Source: Octopus sinensis
Taxonomy: Eukaryota
NCBI RefSeq assembly: GCF_006345805.1
Contig: NW_021832532.1
Location: 1-64,000, forward strand
Direction of reading: 5' to 3'
DNA: 64,000 nt
Position numbers and translations under genes: made by a program
In this document: piece after piece, positions 42,923 through 55,818 of the stretch
Layout of the letters: the number at the start of each line of letters is the position of its first letter
Position numbering within the stretch: position 1 is the stretch's first letter
The notes under the pieces: model-generated
Told to the model about the DNA's origin: nothing
What the model saw: the letters and a program-made list of their open reading frames with translations, nothing else
Databases searched by the model: none

Positions 42923-43469
42923 CATATATATATATATATATGTAAAAAAGCATAAGAACTGTTTCAAAGCACTTTCCTGAATCTCTAATGATTCTGCCTG
43001 CTCCACTTGTAACACCCTTCTGCCTAACTCAAAAGAAAAAATGGCAAATTTGGCCTGGGTGGGATTTGAATTCAAAATATAAAAATTTGCAACAAATATC
43101 ACAAAGAATTTTGTCTGACATTCTAATGAATCTGTCAATCCAACACCATTGTTTAATTCTAATATGAGTTAGATTTGTCAAAGTCCATTCATTGTACTTT
43201 GCAACCTCAAAAATGACATGCACTCTATACTCCAGTCCACTTGAATCAGAATGATAATGAAGGAACTTTGCCAAACTTCTCTGAATGAGTGAGTGATTGA
43301 ACATTTAATGAAGCAAATTGATTAGTTAACTGGTTAAATAGTTAGCCAATTAACAAATATAAATAAAGAAGTGAAATACAACCAGTACTTATTATTGGCA
43401 CATGACCGTCCAAGCATACAGCATAACATGTTTCAACACATGACTTCACATCAAGAATCTTGCAAATCA

Positions 43470-44713
43470 TTGGGTTGTCCAGAAAGTTCAAGCCGATTTA
43501 TAGTAGCTTAACTTTTGACTTATTTTAGAACATGGTTGAGTCCATAAAATAGGATTTGACTACACCACCATTCAGAGCACAGTTTAAGCTATCTTTTCGT
43601 GGAAGAAGGTTTATGTTTCTATCACCTGTGTTAATTCTGTAACACTTTAAAATGGAAGACAAGAAAATTCATTTTCGGCACTTGACGCTTTTCTTTTTCT
43701 GTAAAGGGAAAAATACCTCACAAGCAACAAAGAAATATGCGCAGTTTATGCTGATGTTTCTTTATCCAAAAGAACTGTACGGAAGTGGTTCACAAGGTTC
43801 TGAGCAGGAGATTGTAGCCTTATTGATAAAGAGCAATCAAGCAGATCATCCACTACAGATGATGACCATATCAAGTCATTATTTGAGAATAACCCACATT
43901 GCGCAACCTGAGAACTGGCAGAAAGCCTCAACCTATCAAAATCCATCATTCATTAGCACCTGGTAAAGCTTAGGCCTACAAATCGCTATGATGTTTGGGT
44001 ACAACATGAGTTGAGTGAGAAGAACCTTTTGGATCGCATTTCCATCTATGATTCACTTTATAAACGGAATGAAAATGCACCTTTTTTAAAGCAAATTGTG
44101 ACAGGTGATGAAAAATGGATTATCTACCGAAATATTCAGAGAAAGCGAACCTGGAGTAAGCTACCCCAAAAGTCTTGCTTTCTGTGTGGTGGGATTAGAA
44201 AAGAATTCTGTACTATGAGCTTCTCCCAAGTAACCAGACAATTAATTCTGAGAAATACTGCATACAACTGGATGAGTTAAAAGTAGTAATTCAAGAGAAA
44301 CTTCCAGAATTGGCCAACAGGAAGGGTGTTGTTTTCTGACATGATAATGCAAGACCGCATGTTTCTTTGGGAACCAGGCAAAAATTGCTGCAGCTCAGCT
44401 GGGATGTGTTACCCCCACCCTCCATATTCACTAGATATTGCTCCTTCGGATTTCCACTTATTCAGATCTCTGCAGAATAGTCTTAATGATAAAAATTTTG
44501 ATTCCTTGGATGACACAAAAAGATACCTTGATGAATTCTTTGCCATGAAGCTACCTCAATTCTGGGAAGAGGGTATTTTCAAGTTAAAGGAAAGAGGGAG
44601 ACGTATTGTGCAACAAAGTGGTTCATATTTGGTTGATTAAAAATGTAATGGCAAGTATTTATTGACCTTTTTCTTTCCTTTAAAAATTGGCACGAACTTT
44701 CCAGACAACCCAA
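43470..44713 (+). mobile_element. Full-length mariner element (mellifera-like), frameshifted
   Basis: TIRs ttgggttgtccagaaagttc / gaactttccagacaacccaa|TA; MEDKKIHFRH, IVTGDEKW, HDNARPH, YSLDIAPSDFHLF. Confidence 0.93.
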
Positions 44714-44739
44714 TAAAATCAAACCAAAATTAATTATAG

Positions 44740-44992
44740 TTATTTCTCTTATCAGGTCAGCTACAATTTTATGTTCTCTGTATTAGCTTCACTGGTGTAG
44801 ATATAAAGAGGTTTGCAGTGTTACATAGACAAATATTTAACAGTGTAATAATTGTTATCTCAAGATAAAATTGTTGGTTCACTAATCTCTGGGTGCATAA
44901 TAAGCAAAGGTGAACTTTAAAACCATTTGCCATTTTAACTTATGAAGATTTACCTCTAACATCATAAAATTTTTAATGGATCTTGCAATAAG
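44740..44992 (+). promoter_or_regulatory. Candidate promoter and first exon of cadherin gene 2
   Basis: TATA-like ATATAAAG at 44801, GATA motifs, strong donor AG|GTAAGC at 44993; ATG at 44976 (MDLAIS) splices in frame to 52019. Confidence 0.45.
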
Positions 44993-45185
44993 GTAAGCTC
45001 TGTTTAAGAATGATGTCATGGATTTTTTTTTTCTTTATACACAATACTATGTGTAGTTATATGTAACATGTATTTTAATGTGTGAGTTTTTACATATAAT
45101 TGGAAACAGATATATAAACCCAGGTCTGCTCACACATACATATGCATGTATACAAATATAGGTATATCAGATATGTATACAAATG

Positions 45186-45246
<61 letters not shown>

Positions 45247-45447
45247 GCTTAGTCTTTACTGTTGGAGAAAAGATTGCTCAATACCATAGTAGAGCTTAAT
45301 ATTTTAATTACTGCCATGTCAGTCTCTTGCTACCCAGAGTTTTGCTTATGAGTAACTTGTTTAAGTACAAGTGTATGAATAGGTGAAGCAACACTCAGAA
45401 GAGTTAGAGAATAAATTAATCCAAACAGGAATAACAGACATATACAC

Positions 45448-45955
45448 TCATCATCAATATTTAATATCCGCTTTCCATGCTGGCATGGGCTGGACAGTTT
45501 GATGTGAGCTGGTCAGTTGGAGAGCTGTCCAGGCTCCAGTTGTCTGTTTTGGGCATTTTTTCTACAGCTGGATGTCCTTCCTAATGCCAACTAATTTACA
45601 GTATGTACTGCGTACCTTTTGCATGCCACTGGCATGAGTGTCTTTATGTAACACTGACACAAATACATTTTACTTGTCATTGGCACCTGCAAGACAAAGA
45701 CCTCTCAGCTGGAAGAGTGTGTAGGTGCATGGCCATAAGCAATATACCTGTGTTTATGGATGGCTGTGATTTTATCTAGCTTGATGTGTCTTCTCAAGCA
45801 CAGGAATTGTCACACGTCATGGTCCTTTGTCAACCCAGTGCCTGAAGATCCTTTCTCATCACTTCATCCCATGTCTTACTGAGTCTACCCCTTTCACAGG
45901 TTCCCTTCATAATTAGAGATCAGCAGTTCTTTGAGATGCTGTCCTCATCCATATG
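45448..45955 (-). mobile_element. Degenerate RTE-like LINE 3' end
   Basis: tttccatgctggcatggg... terminal motif plus decayed ORF end. Other short copies: about 10290-10460, 16620-16880, 24688-24845, 36970-37085, 53410-53630, 56210-56560. Confidence 0.7.
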
Positions 45956-46214
45956 CATATATATATATATACACACACATATTTAATTTAGAGACAAACT
46001 GCTATTTAGTTATTCCATCAATAGCAAAAAGATATTATCTATAATAACCACATAGAAATTAATTAAATATCTTATAATTATCATTCTAAAAATCTCATAA
46101 CAAATCAAACATTAATATATTGTGAATTTTGATTTAGTGTGCTAAATTGAAATCTTTTTCCCTGTTAGCTTGGAATTATTATATTCCCTAACTATTAATA
46201 ATATTAATATATAT

Positions 46215-46815
46215 ATAATGGCATTTTTATATAAGCTTAAAGCTTATGGTGATCACCATGCAGTAACTAAGGAAAATAGTCTAATAAAGGGACATATTAG
46301 CCCTCAAAAGAATATGAAGGCTTTCTTATCTATGTGAGATTCAAAACCACATTCCTTTGTTAATGCGACTGTGTTACCTTTACATCAGTGAATCACCCTC
46401 CTTTTTCCTTTCAAATTTAAGAACTATAATAATTCATGTTTGTTTTTGTTTTTTTTTTAATGTAAAAAAACTTTCTATATGCTTTTGGTGTGACTGTTTT
46501 TTTTTATTTGGTGCCATTTTTAAAATCCTGTAAATACTAATAATGGTATTTTTATATAAACTTAAAGCTTATGGTGATCACCATGCAATGACTTAGCCAC
46601 ATTAACAAAGGGATGTGGGTTCGATTTCATGTGAATAGGAAAGCCTTCTTTTATCTGTTGAGTGCTTATATGCCCCTTTATTAGACTATTTTCCTTAGTC
46701 ATTGGATGGTGATCGCCATAAGCTTTAAGCTTATATAAAAATGCCATTATTATTATTTACAGGATTGGAAAAATGGTGCCATATAAAAAAAAAAGACATT
46801 CACACTGAAAGCATA
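46215..46815. repeat. Direct plus inverted repeat array
   Basis: taatggcatttttatataagcttaaagcttatggtgatcaccat at 46217 and 46541 (direct) and 46706-46749 (inverted); 46217-46368 mirrors 46597-46749. Confidence 0.85.
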
Positions 46816-46912
46816 TATATATATATATATTGTATTATATGAGAGGAAAAATCAAAACCAAGACTGAACGAGTATCTCAGGTAATTTAGAATTTAGATTA
46901 TGGTAATTTGAA

Positions 46913-47250
46913 GTCTTACAGCCATTTATGAGATAACCCTAGTGGTTGGTTGGCATGTCCATGCACAGGGTATTCTGTCATCAGAGACAAGGTATGAATA
47001 CTTAGACGAGGAAAATTTACAGATTACATGAAATGAAATTAATAGGATTAAAACAGAAAAACAAAGGAGTGAAAATAGAAGAATAAACAGTAAAAGTAGT
47101 TAGAAGAATATAGGCAAGAGAATTATTCTTCTAACTACTTTTAATCTGTATATTTCTATTTTATTCTTTATAAATTGTGATTTACATTCCTTGCAATCTG
47201 CAAATTTTTCCCATCTAAATATTCATACCATGTCTCTGATGATGGAATAG
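46913..47250. repeat. Fold-back of two Penelope-type pseudo-LTR fragments
   Basis: Centre aaaagtagttagaagaata / tattcttctaactactttt; outer arms catcagagac..ggtatgaata / tattcatacc..gtctctgatg. Confidence 0.75.
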
Positions 47251-47315
47251 CCATCCATATTTAAGTTCATGCAATTGAAACAACCACATTATGTATGGAT
47301 GACCCAATATATACA

Positions 47316-47364
<49 letters not shown>

Positions 47365-47484
47365 TGTTGTATTTAGGAATGGTCATTTTGCCAGTTTAGC
47401 CAATAAAAACACACGCACTATATATTTAGTGTTACTTTGCTTCAGCGTTATTTATTTTTTACATTAATCTTAATCTTATTTCAG

Positions 47485-47524
47485 CCAGAATTCTTTCGTC
47501 ACGCTCCTGTGACCTCATCAGTGG
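47485..47524 (-). ncRNA. Minimal type I hammerhead ribozyme-like motif
   Basis: cca-CUGAUGA-G-gucac(aggagc)gugac-GAAA-gaau-UC-ugg. Confidence 0.65.
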
Positions 47525-47793
47525 TCCTTTGCTTTCTTCTTTCTTATTTGTCTGTCTCTCCTTACTAACGGTCAGCCATTTTGTATTTTGTATTCCTATT
47601 GTATGTGTCTTCATTTGCGCATACATATACCTCTATGTGTGTCTATGTTTAGTTAGTGTGTATGTAGGGGGGGGGGGTGAAGTACCTGTAATATTTGTAT
47701 CTCCTGTTTATATACGTTCGTGTAATTTGTTTTTGTTTTTGTTTATTTTTATTTTGTTCATGTGTTTACCCCTACTTATTATTATTATTATTA

Positions 47794-47829
<36 letters not shown>

Positions 47830-48111
47830 TTTATTATTATTATTATTATTATTATTATCATTAATGATGAGGAGGATTGATCTTATAGATTGTGTGTATA
47901 TTTATTATATATATTTGTAATGGACTATTAAGTCCAATAATTGTCGTTTTTGATGGAAAAAGAAGAACAATGTTTTAGAGAAGTAGAAAATCGACGGGCA
48001 TTTTCTGCCTTCTCTCGTCAATATCATCCTTGTTTCATCATTCACCTCATCAATGTATATGTCCAGCCTGCAAGCTACTCTTTGTAATGCCTTTATGGCA
48101 ATCTTAATGAA

Positions 48112-48500
48112 ATAAGTAGCTTGCTTACCAACCACATGGTTCTGGGTTCAGTCTCACTGCATGGCACCTTGGGCAAGTGTCTTCTACTACAGCCTCGGGC
48201 CGACCAAAGCCTTGTGAGTGAATTTGGTAGACAGCAACTGAAAGAAGCCAGTCATATATATATGTATATGTGTATATACATATATGTGTGTGTTTGTTGT
48301 CTGTGTTTGCCCCCACCCCCCAACATCGCTTGACAACCGATGCTGGTGTGTTTACGTCCCTGTAGTCTACCAGTTCGGCAAAAGAGACTGATAGAATAAG
48401 TACTAGGCTTACAAAGAATAAGTCCTGCTCGACTAAAGGCAGTGCTCCAGCATGGCCGCAGTCAAATGACTGAAACAAATAAAAGAGTAAAAGAGTAACT
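48112..48500 (+). mobile_element. Full-length SINE (family C) with internal (TA/TG)n
   Basis: ggttcagtc B-box-like head, accttgggcaagtgtctt core, (aaagagt)n tail; 3' half also at 50133-50312 and 7497-7662. Confidence 0.8.
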
Positions 48501-48559
48501 GCTTTGTCTATGTATAATAGATCATGAGTTCCTCTAGCCTTCAATCTTTCTGTTTCTCT

Positions 48560-51240
48560 GGTAGCAAATTTTGGCTGACAAGGTGCTTATAAATGCTTTC
48601 TGAGAGCTTTCCTCTTAAAAGCTGGCATATTATGGTAAGCAAATGATTGGTCTATTACTACTAGCTTACATTGCTCTTGCTTTTGTCTTTCATAAGAATT
48701 GTTCTTCTAGTCATTCAATCTAATATTACTCCTTCATTCAGGCAATCTTGAAGTTATTCCCTCAGAGTCCCATGTAAGCAACCAAATTTCTATAACCAGT
48801 AGCCTTGGACTAAATTCGGTCCCAGGCCCTTCCAATTCAGCATTTTCCCTAATGCTTTACTTATTAATTCTCTGGTTAGTTTTATCTCTGGCTGATTCTC
48901 ACTAATGACTTCTTCCTTTACTTTCTTTAACCATGCTTCATTTCCATTATGATTGATTGGCTTATCTCAAATATTACTTCAGAATTTCCAGCTTCTGCAT
49001 CCGGTTTCTCAGTACTTTCTTCTCTGCTATTTATTTGCTGATAAAATTTCCTCTGGTCTGTCTCAAACAATTTTTTCTGTTAATACTGATCTATTCTTTT
49101 ATACAATCTGGAAAACATCCTTGCTACACTGTTTCAACTCTGTTGCATCTCTTCCATGTTAATCCATTTCTTGATGGCATTTCCATGAGGAAATAGACAT
49201 AAAACCTAGTTTAGTGCAGCTCAAAAAGAAAAAAGTGATATTAAGGACAACTAGGATACTTAGGAAGGTTCTTGGAATCTAAGGTTTCTTGTTGTAGCCT
49301 GTTAGACATTTTTCATTTCCACTGGTTTAATCTGTTGCTCATATGTAAAATAATTATAATAATCATAAACAACAACAATAATAATAAGAGGATCACTGCA
49401 AAAAGTCTGAAGATCAGAAGATTTGTGAACAGAAATAAGCACTTCAAGAAGAACAGATTATTCAAAAATAACCCAAAGCAATTCTTCCGAATGGTAGGAG
49501 ACAATGGGAAAAATGTTGCTCCTCATGCAAATCAAGCCAAAGAGTTCTGGAGTAGATTATGGGGAAACAATGTAGTGCATAGAAGGGATGTAATGCGGAT
49601 AGGAACTATCACAACAAAATTACAAGGAGGAAAGAAACAAAGGAATATTATCATAAGCACGGGTGAAAGAACAAGTGGGTAAAGTGCCTAACTGGAAAGA
49701 CCCTGGACCAGATGGGATTCATGGCTTTTGGCTGAAGAGATGCCACACAGTACAAGAGATGTCACACAGCCCAATTGAATGAGTGTGTCCAGAAAGATAC
49801 ACTCCCCACGTGGATGGAGACTGGGCGAACAACATTTATAATGAAAAATAGAAGAAAGGGGAATAGGGTGGGGAATCTACTGTCCTATAGCATGCCTAAG
49901 CATAATCTGGAAGATACTCACTGGAATATGTGCAGCAAAGACATATACTTTCCTGGCACAGGAAGAAATACTACCAAGGGCAAAAAAAGGATGTAGGAAG
50001 AGTTCTCAGGGTACCAAGGATCACCTGGTCATCAATAAAACAGTTTAGAGTCATTCTAAAAAAAATCATACAAACATGTCTATGGCTTGAATTGACTTTA
50101 AGAAGGCATATGATATGATGACTCATTCTTGGATATTTGTGTGTCTGTGTTTGCCCCCCCCCCAACATTGCTTGACAACCGATGCTGGTCTGTTTATGTC
50201 CCCGTAACTTAGCAGTTTGATAAAAGAGACCAATAGAATAAGTACTTGACTAAAGGCGGTGCTCCAACATGGCCACAGTCAAGTGACTGAAATAAGTAAA
50301 AGAGTAAAAGAGTACCTGCAGATGTTTGGTATTGGTGACATCACAAACTTTCTGATGCATAGCATGGATGAATGGAAAACCAAATTGTATTCAAACAATG
50401 TTTTCCTTGGAGAAGTTGATATTAAAAGGGGTATCTTCCAAGGTGACTCGTTTTCACTTTTGCTATTTGCAATATCACTAATATCCATAACAATGACACA
50501 CAGGAAAGTTGAGATGGGTTACTGATGTGAGAAGAAAGGCCCATCATTGAACCATCTTCTATATTTGTGTTGTGCCAATTTTGAGAATTCACAAACAATG
50601 TGCCATACCATTTCACCCCTCTCACCACACTTTCTGCATTTGTTGTTCTCAGTTGTGTTGCCAATTCTGCACATTGCATAGTTTATCTTTAATGCTTGTT
50701 CTTGGGCATCTCTCTCTATCTTCAGGTCACTCTTCTGCATCCATAACCATCAGTCTTCAATATCTGTCTTGGCGTTTGTATCTCTTGCAAACTGACCATA
50801 TATTTTTTCTCTTCCATGCTGTTTCTTTTTTTTTTGTGTTCTTTTCCTCTTTAAATTTTTCTTTCTTTACACAATTATCTGTTTTAATGATGCTGGCTTT
50901 CTTCACATATTTCAACAATAGTTCCACAGTATTTTTTACATACCACCCTAAAATGTATTTTATTCTATCTGGTTTATTTTGAGCCCAACACGAATCTCGT
51001 TCTTTGGAAATATTCCATCTTCAGTTATTCTTTCATTTCCTTCTCCATTATCTCATTGAACTCTGGTATGCCAAGGTATCTGTAGCCTTCATTTTCAATT
51101 CGTTTAATCTGGTCTCCATTAGGTAATTCTATCCCTGCTAGGGACTGTACCTTGCCACTTTTCAAGTACATTGTACCATACTTCTTGAGCCCAAACTCCA
51201 TTCTAAGGTACATCATATCATATTTCTGGTGTCTGTGCTC
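48560..51240. mobile_element. Cluster of Dong/R4-like LINE fragments in both orientations
   Basis: + strand 49390-50562: NRLFKNNPKQFFR, PNWKDPGPDGIHGFWLK, KAYDM, RGIFQGDSFS, NHLLY. Minus strand 50563-51240: YRYLGI, CRKCGERGEMVWHIV. A 3' end ILRKVLGI* plus (TAA)n-like tail at about 49235-49388. Confidence 0.8.
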
Positions 51241-51571
51241 ATAACTCCAAGAAAAATTCATTTTATAGTTTCAGTTTCTTGATGTTTTCTAATAAAGTTA
51301 AAAGTGAGTGATGGAAAAGTGAGTTGGTAAAGAAAGGGCTGATCAGTTGAGCAGGCTTGATCTTCTGTTGGATTTATAAAGGTCAAGAAGGTAGAAAGGT
51401 GTTTTAAGGAAGGTAAAATCAGTTCTGTTTTCTTTGTGGTATGTTATTTGTATGTGTGACTGTGTTCCATCTCTTGTGGAACTTTGCCACCATCCCTATC
51501 CTGCCTACTTTTTTTTTTCTCTCTCTCTCTCTCTCTCTCATTCTCCTCTCTCTCTCTCTTTCTCTCCAGCT

Positions 51572-51700
51572 GGTAATTAACAAGTTGACAGAGACGGGCA
51601 TCAAAGCTGTTCCTAACCCTCCTTACAGTCTAGACCTTTCTTCCTGTGAGTTTTGGTTGTTCCCCAAGTTGAAGGAGAACATCAGGGACGACAGTCGTTT
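51572..51700 (+). mobile_element. Short mariner transposase remnant
   Basis: GIKAVPNPPYSLDLSSCEFWLFPKLKE. Confidence 0.65.
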
Positions 51701-52018
51701 GAAAGATGAAGGGTGCTTTGGCAAGGGGAAGGAATATTTCCTGTCATGGAGCTCAGATATTTTGAGGAAGTCTAGAAATAGTCTTTTCTGGAAAATATTG
51801 CTCAAAGGCAACAGAGTTAATAACATTTTGATGGATATTTCTAATAAAGAATAACAGGAAAGAACTTATTTCAATTTGACTAAATACTGTAATATATATA
51901 ATGTCGCTGCTGAATTTCTTGACATTTTGAAATATTACAAAAAAAAAGAATGAAATAAAATTCAAATGAAAAATACATGAAATGATATTTTGTCTCTTTT
52001 TTTTTAATCTTGTTTCAG

Positions 52019-52089
52019 TAACAAAATATTGAGCAAGATGCTTTCCATCATTTTCATTGGTTTGTTGTTGATGCTTGGCACAGTTGAAG
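52019..52089 (+). CDS. Cadherin gene 2 signal-peptide exon: (SNKILSK)MLSIIFIGLLLMLGTVE
   Basis: Strong polypyrimidine/TTTCAG acceptor, ATG at 52038, hydrophobic h-region, AG|GTACAG donor in phase 1. Confidence 0.75.
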
Positions 52090-53319
52090 GTACAGTAATG
52101 AAGATTTTAACTTAAATAATAATCAATCAATTTTTCTAATACTGATTTACTCTACATTAGTAGAAACGTACTACCAGGTGACTATGGTTTAAGGCAGGTT
52201 CTAATATATAAAACAGTTGCCAAAGATAGCCTTATGAAGGTAGTATATTTGTTTAAGTATTTTGTTATTATAATTCTGTTGAAATACACTATTTTTACTT
52301 CAGTTAATTTTGAAAATAATGGAAAATATAGTAAAGTAACTTTGTTGTTATTAAGCTGGCATCTGATACATAAATTAACATGAAATTTTGATGGAAAGTT
52401 TGAAACTAGATCACTTTAAAACAGGAGGTTTATATTATTAGAAGCAGGGGTGATCATAGGCAGGTTAGTATGAGAAGGATTTAATAACAAGACAGAATAA
52501 AGAAGCTCAAGCCTTTATAGTTGGTAGGACCTGATAGAAATTACTTCCAAATCCCAATTAAATCACTCTCTACAACTCAAAAGGGATTAAATACAATAGC
52601 CACAATAAATAAATAAGGTTATATTTACTGGAAAAAAAACCCCAAAAACCCAAACTACTGAACAAATCGAAAGAGGTAAAAATGGTATTTGTAACCCTAA
52701 TGGTTAATTTTGTTGTTGAGCACTAACTGAATATTAATTGCTACACAAAAATGATACTGACTTACAACTATCAAAAAATGCATATTTTTTATCGTTCTAA
52801 ACATACATATTAACATCACACACACAGACTGCTTAGTGTTCTTAATAAAACTTATAAAAAAATTGACAAAACATTGTAGGATTCTATACTATTAGTTGAG
52901 TCAAGTTTATTAATCATTTTAGAGTTGACTGGAAAGCCAAGTTTCACCTTAGTGGTTGAGTAAGCTGCTAAGGTGCAAAGGGTCTCAAAGTTTTGTCTCA
53001 TCATTCTTAAAAGATCGCATGTTAGATGACTAACACTGATGTTTATATGCATACGGTTCTATCATTCCCACCCAACCACAACTGCCTTTTAGTTTCTAAG
53101 GTGTGTTCATCAACCACTTTTGGATTATTGTATAAAGGTAGAGTCATTGTTGATGAACTAAATTCTGTGCTGCATTGGTCATAGAAAATTTAACACAAAA
53201 TTGGAGATAGGTGGTCATTTAAGGGCTGATGGCTGCTGACACAGGCAAATGGTTGCAATCAGATACTGGTTATACTTGATGTATGTATGTATGTATGTAT
53301 GTATGTATGTATGTATGTA

Positions 53320-53350
<31 letters not shown>

Positions 53351-53363
53351 TTGTGTATATATA

Positions 53364-53412
<49 letters not shown>

Positions 53413-53930
53413 CTCTCTTCATCCATACACATCACATGACCAGACCAGCACAGTCTTCGCTCTTGCACTCTACATCTGACACGTTTTATACCCAATTTTT
53501 AGCATGTGTATATGTATGTATATATTCACAAGCTTGGTGCAGCCATCTGGTTCGCCACACCTCAGTCAAATCGTCCAACCCATGCTAGCATGGAAAACAG
53601 ACGTTAAACGACAACATTGATGATGATGATGTGTGTGTGTGTATATATATATATGTGTGTGTGTGTATATATATATATGTGTGTGTGCGTGTGTGTGTGT
53701 GTGTGTACTGCTAATTTCTTAACAATCTCTATCATCTTTTTTTATCTCTCCCTCTTCCTTCTCTCATTTTAATACTTTGATTCAATGTTTTGTTGTCATT
53801 AAATATCATTACATAATTTTCCCTACTCTGATTTTTCCTTTTCTCTGGCAATCACACACACACACACACACACACACAACACACACACACACACACACAT
53901 ATATACATATATGTATATATATATATGTAT

Positions 53931-53978
<48 letters not shown>

Positions 53979-55236
53979 TATAGCTGTGGATATCTGTCTG
54001 CACATATTCAAAACCAGTATAACACAGTAAAAAGTTTACTTTGTTATGATAAAATTTTAGCTAAGTATATACTTCTGCCAATGCATCCACTATTATCTAT
54101 TCTGATCTATAACTCAACAGTAGCCCTCTGTTATGAATTCCAAAAAAATAGACTGAAATGGTTCTGTAAGTTAAATTCTATTCAGTAAAAGTCAAACCAG
54201 CAAGTGACCATTCACGTAACCATTTGAACTTTCAATATTGCAGTAACACCTTCCTTTACATACATACCATTGGAGGCCAAGTATAATCTTAAGTCTTCAT
54301 GCTCAGAATAAAAACAAGCTTCTTACAGCTAGAGAACTAATTGACTGATCCTTTAAGAAATGGAGTAGACTAAAGAAAGCAAATCAGCAATAACAATTTT
54401 CTGTTATAGATTAAATGTAAACCCCATATTTGTTTCTGTGATTGCCTTTTTGTTTTGCTTTATCCCCTCCTGTATTAAGTATGAAACTTGAAGTAAAGCA
54501 GCATAAAAACACCAGCATATTGAATGATTTGTTGTTAAAAAAGCACATATTGACCTCATAAGAAGGTCACTACTAAAATCTTTTTTCTTGTAATGTGCTT
54601 CAAATCTAGTGGCATCCATCTGTAGTTAGAAATCATAGGTGTAAAGAGTACAGCCAGCTAAATGAGCCATCTACATCTGAAATTTGTGCCATCTTATTTC
54701 TACTCTATGGGAATTATATCTCGTAATTCTAGTTAAAATAATAGTGTATATACAAGAAATTAAAATATTGATTACCGTTTGTAAAATTTGTTCACATTGA
54801 GAAACAGAAATTGGAATTTTGAGATTTAAATAAAAAAGCAAAAAGTGAAAATCAAAATTTGAATTGAAAATAGATCCAAATCTGAACATCATTATTTGAA
54901 TTTTTATTGAATTGAATTTCAAATTGAGTTTTAATTTTAGTTTGAAGTCTTTATTTTTTTTTTATCTTCTGCTGGTCTTAAACTATAAAAACAGTATAGT
55001 TCTACATATCTAAATTAAAAATAATTTTTAAAAATTGATCAAATAGAAATTGAATCAAACTTTCTGTTACTATGTTTATGGTACATTGACCTATTCAGCA
55101 AGCTACAGTAAATAGTTTATTATAGATTTGATCATAAAAGAATTACACTACTTTATATTTCTATTTCATTGTTTGAACCAATGTTTCATATGCCATACCA
55201 GATACTTCAATATGAATATTTTTTTTGTTATGTCAG

Positions 55237-55290
55237 CTGCCACCAGTGATTTGCCTCAACAAATAAAAGTAAAGGAAAATCAAAACCCTG
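55237..55290 (+). CDS. Cadherin gene 2 exon: AATSDLPQQIKVKENQNP(G)
   Basis: TCAG acceptor, G|GTAAGG donor, phase 1-1; V-x-E-N-x3-G start of a cadherin repeat. Confidence 0.8.
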
Positions 55291-55431
55291 GTAAGGAAAT
55301 TTTTGTTTAATACATCAACTTAATTTTGATTCTTTTGAAGACACAGTATATATTCATTTCATAGGGATACATTTAGAAAAGATTTATAAGAACGATAAAC
55401 TTTAGCTACACCATTACCTTCATATATATAT

Positions 55432-55700
55432 ATCTATATATATAAAACTGAGAATGTCTGTCTGTATGTGTGCATCACTAAAACTCGAGAACTACCCAAG
55501 CGATTTCATTCAAATTTTACACATGCATTACTTAGGGTCCATGGAGTGTCATGCAGCCAGAAATGTTTCAACTTCTTGCTTAATGCGAGCTCGGAGCAAT
55601 GTATTAGACTGTTTCGGTATTGTGTGTCAAAAGGGAAACAATAACAACTCTCTTGTAATGTGAGATAATAGTTCCACTTTTAATAGTTTCACTATGTATA
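55432..55700 (+). mobile_element. Helitron-like element 5' part
   Basis: A|TCTATATATATAAAA...gtctgtctgtatgtgtg start resembling 63210; no 3' CTAG found. Confidence 0.45.
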
Positions 55701-55771
55701 CAATATATACAAAGTGAAACTATCATTTCATTACATATATACATGCATATATACTTACATATATACATGCA

Positions 55772-55816
<45 letters not shown>

Positions 55817-55818
<2 letters not shown>

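Noticed and set aside
54244-54310. Extra cadherin 2 exon (VTPSFTYIPLE...)
   Set aside because: Plausible acceptor, but no convincing phase-compatible donor before a stop codon; the same applies to the candidate at about 53984.
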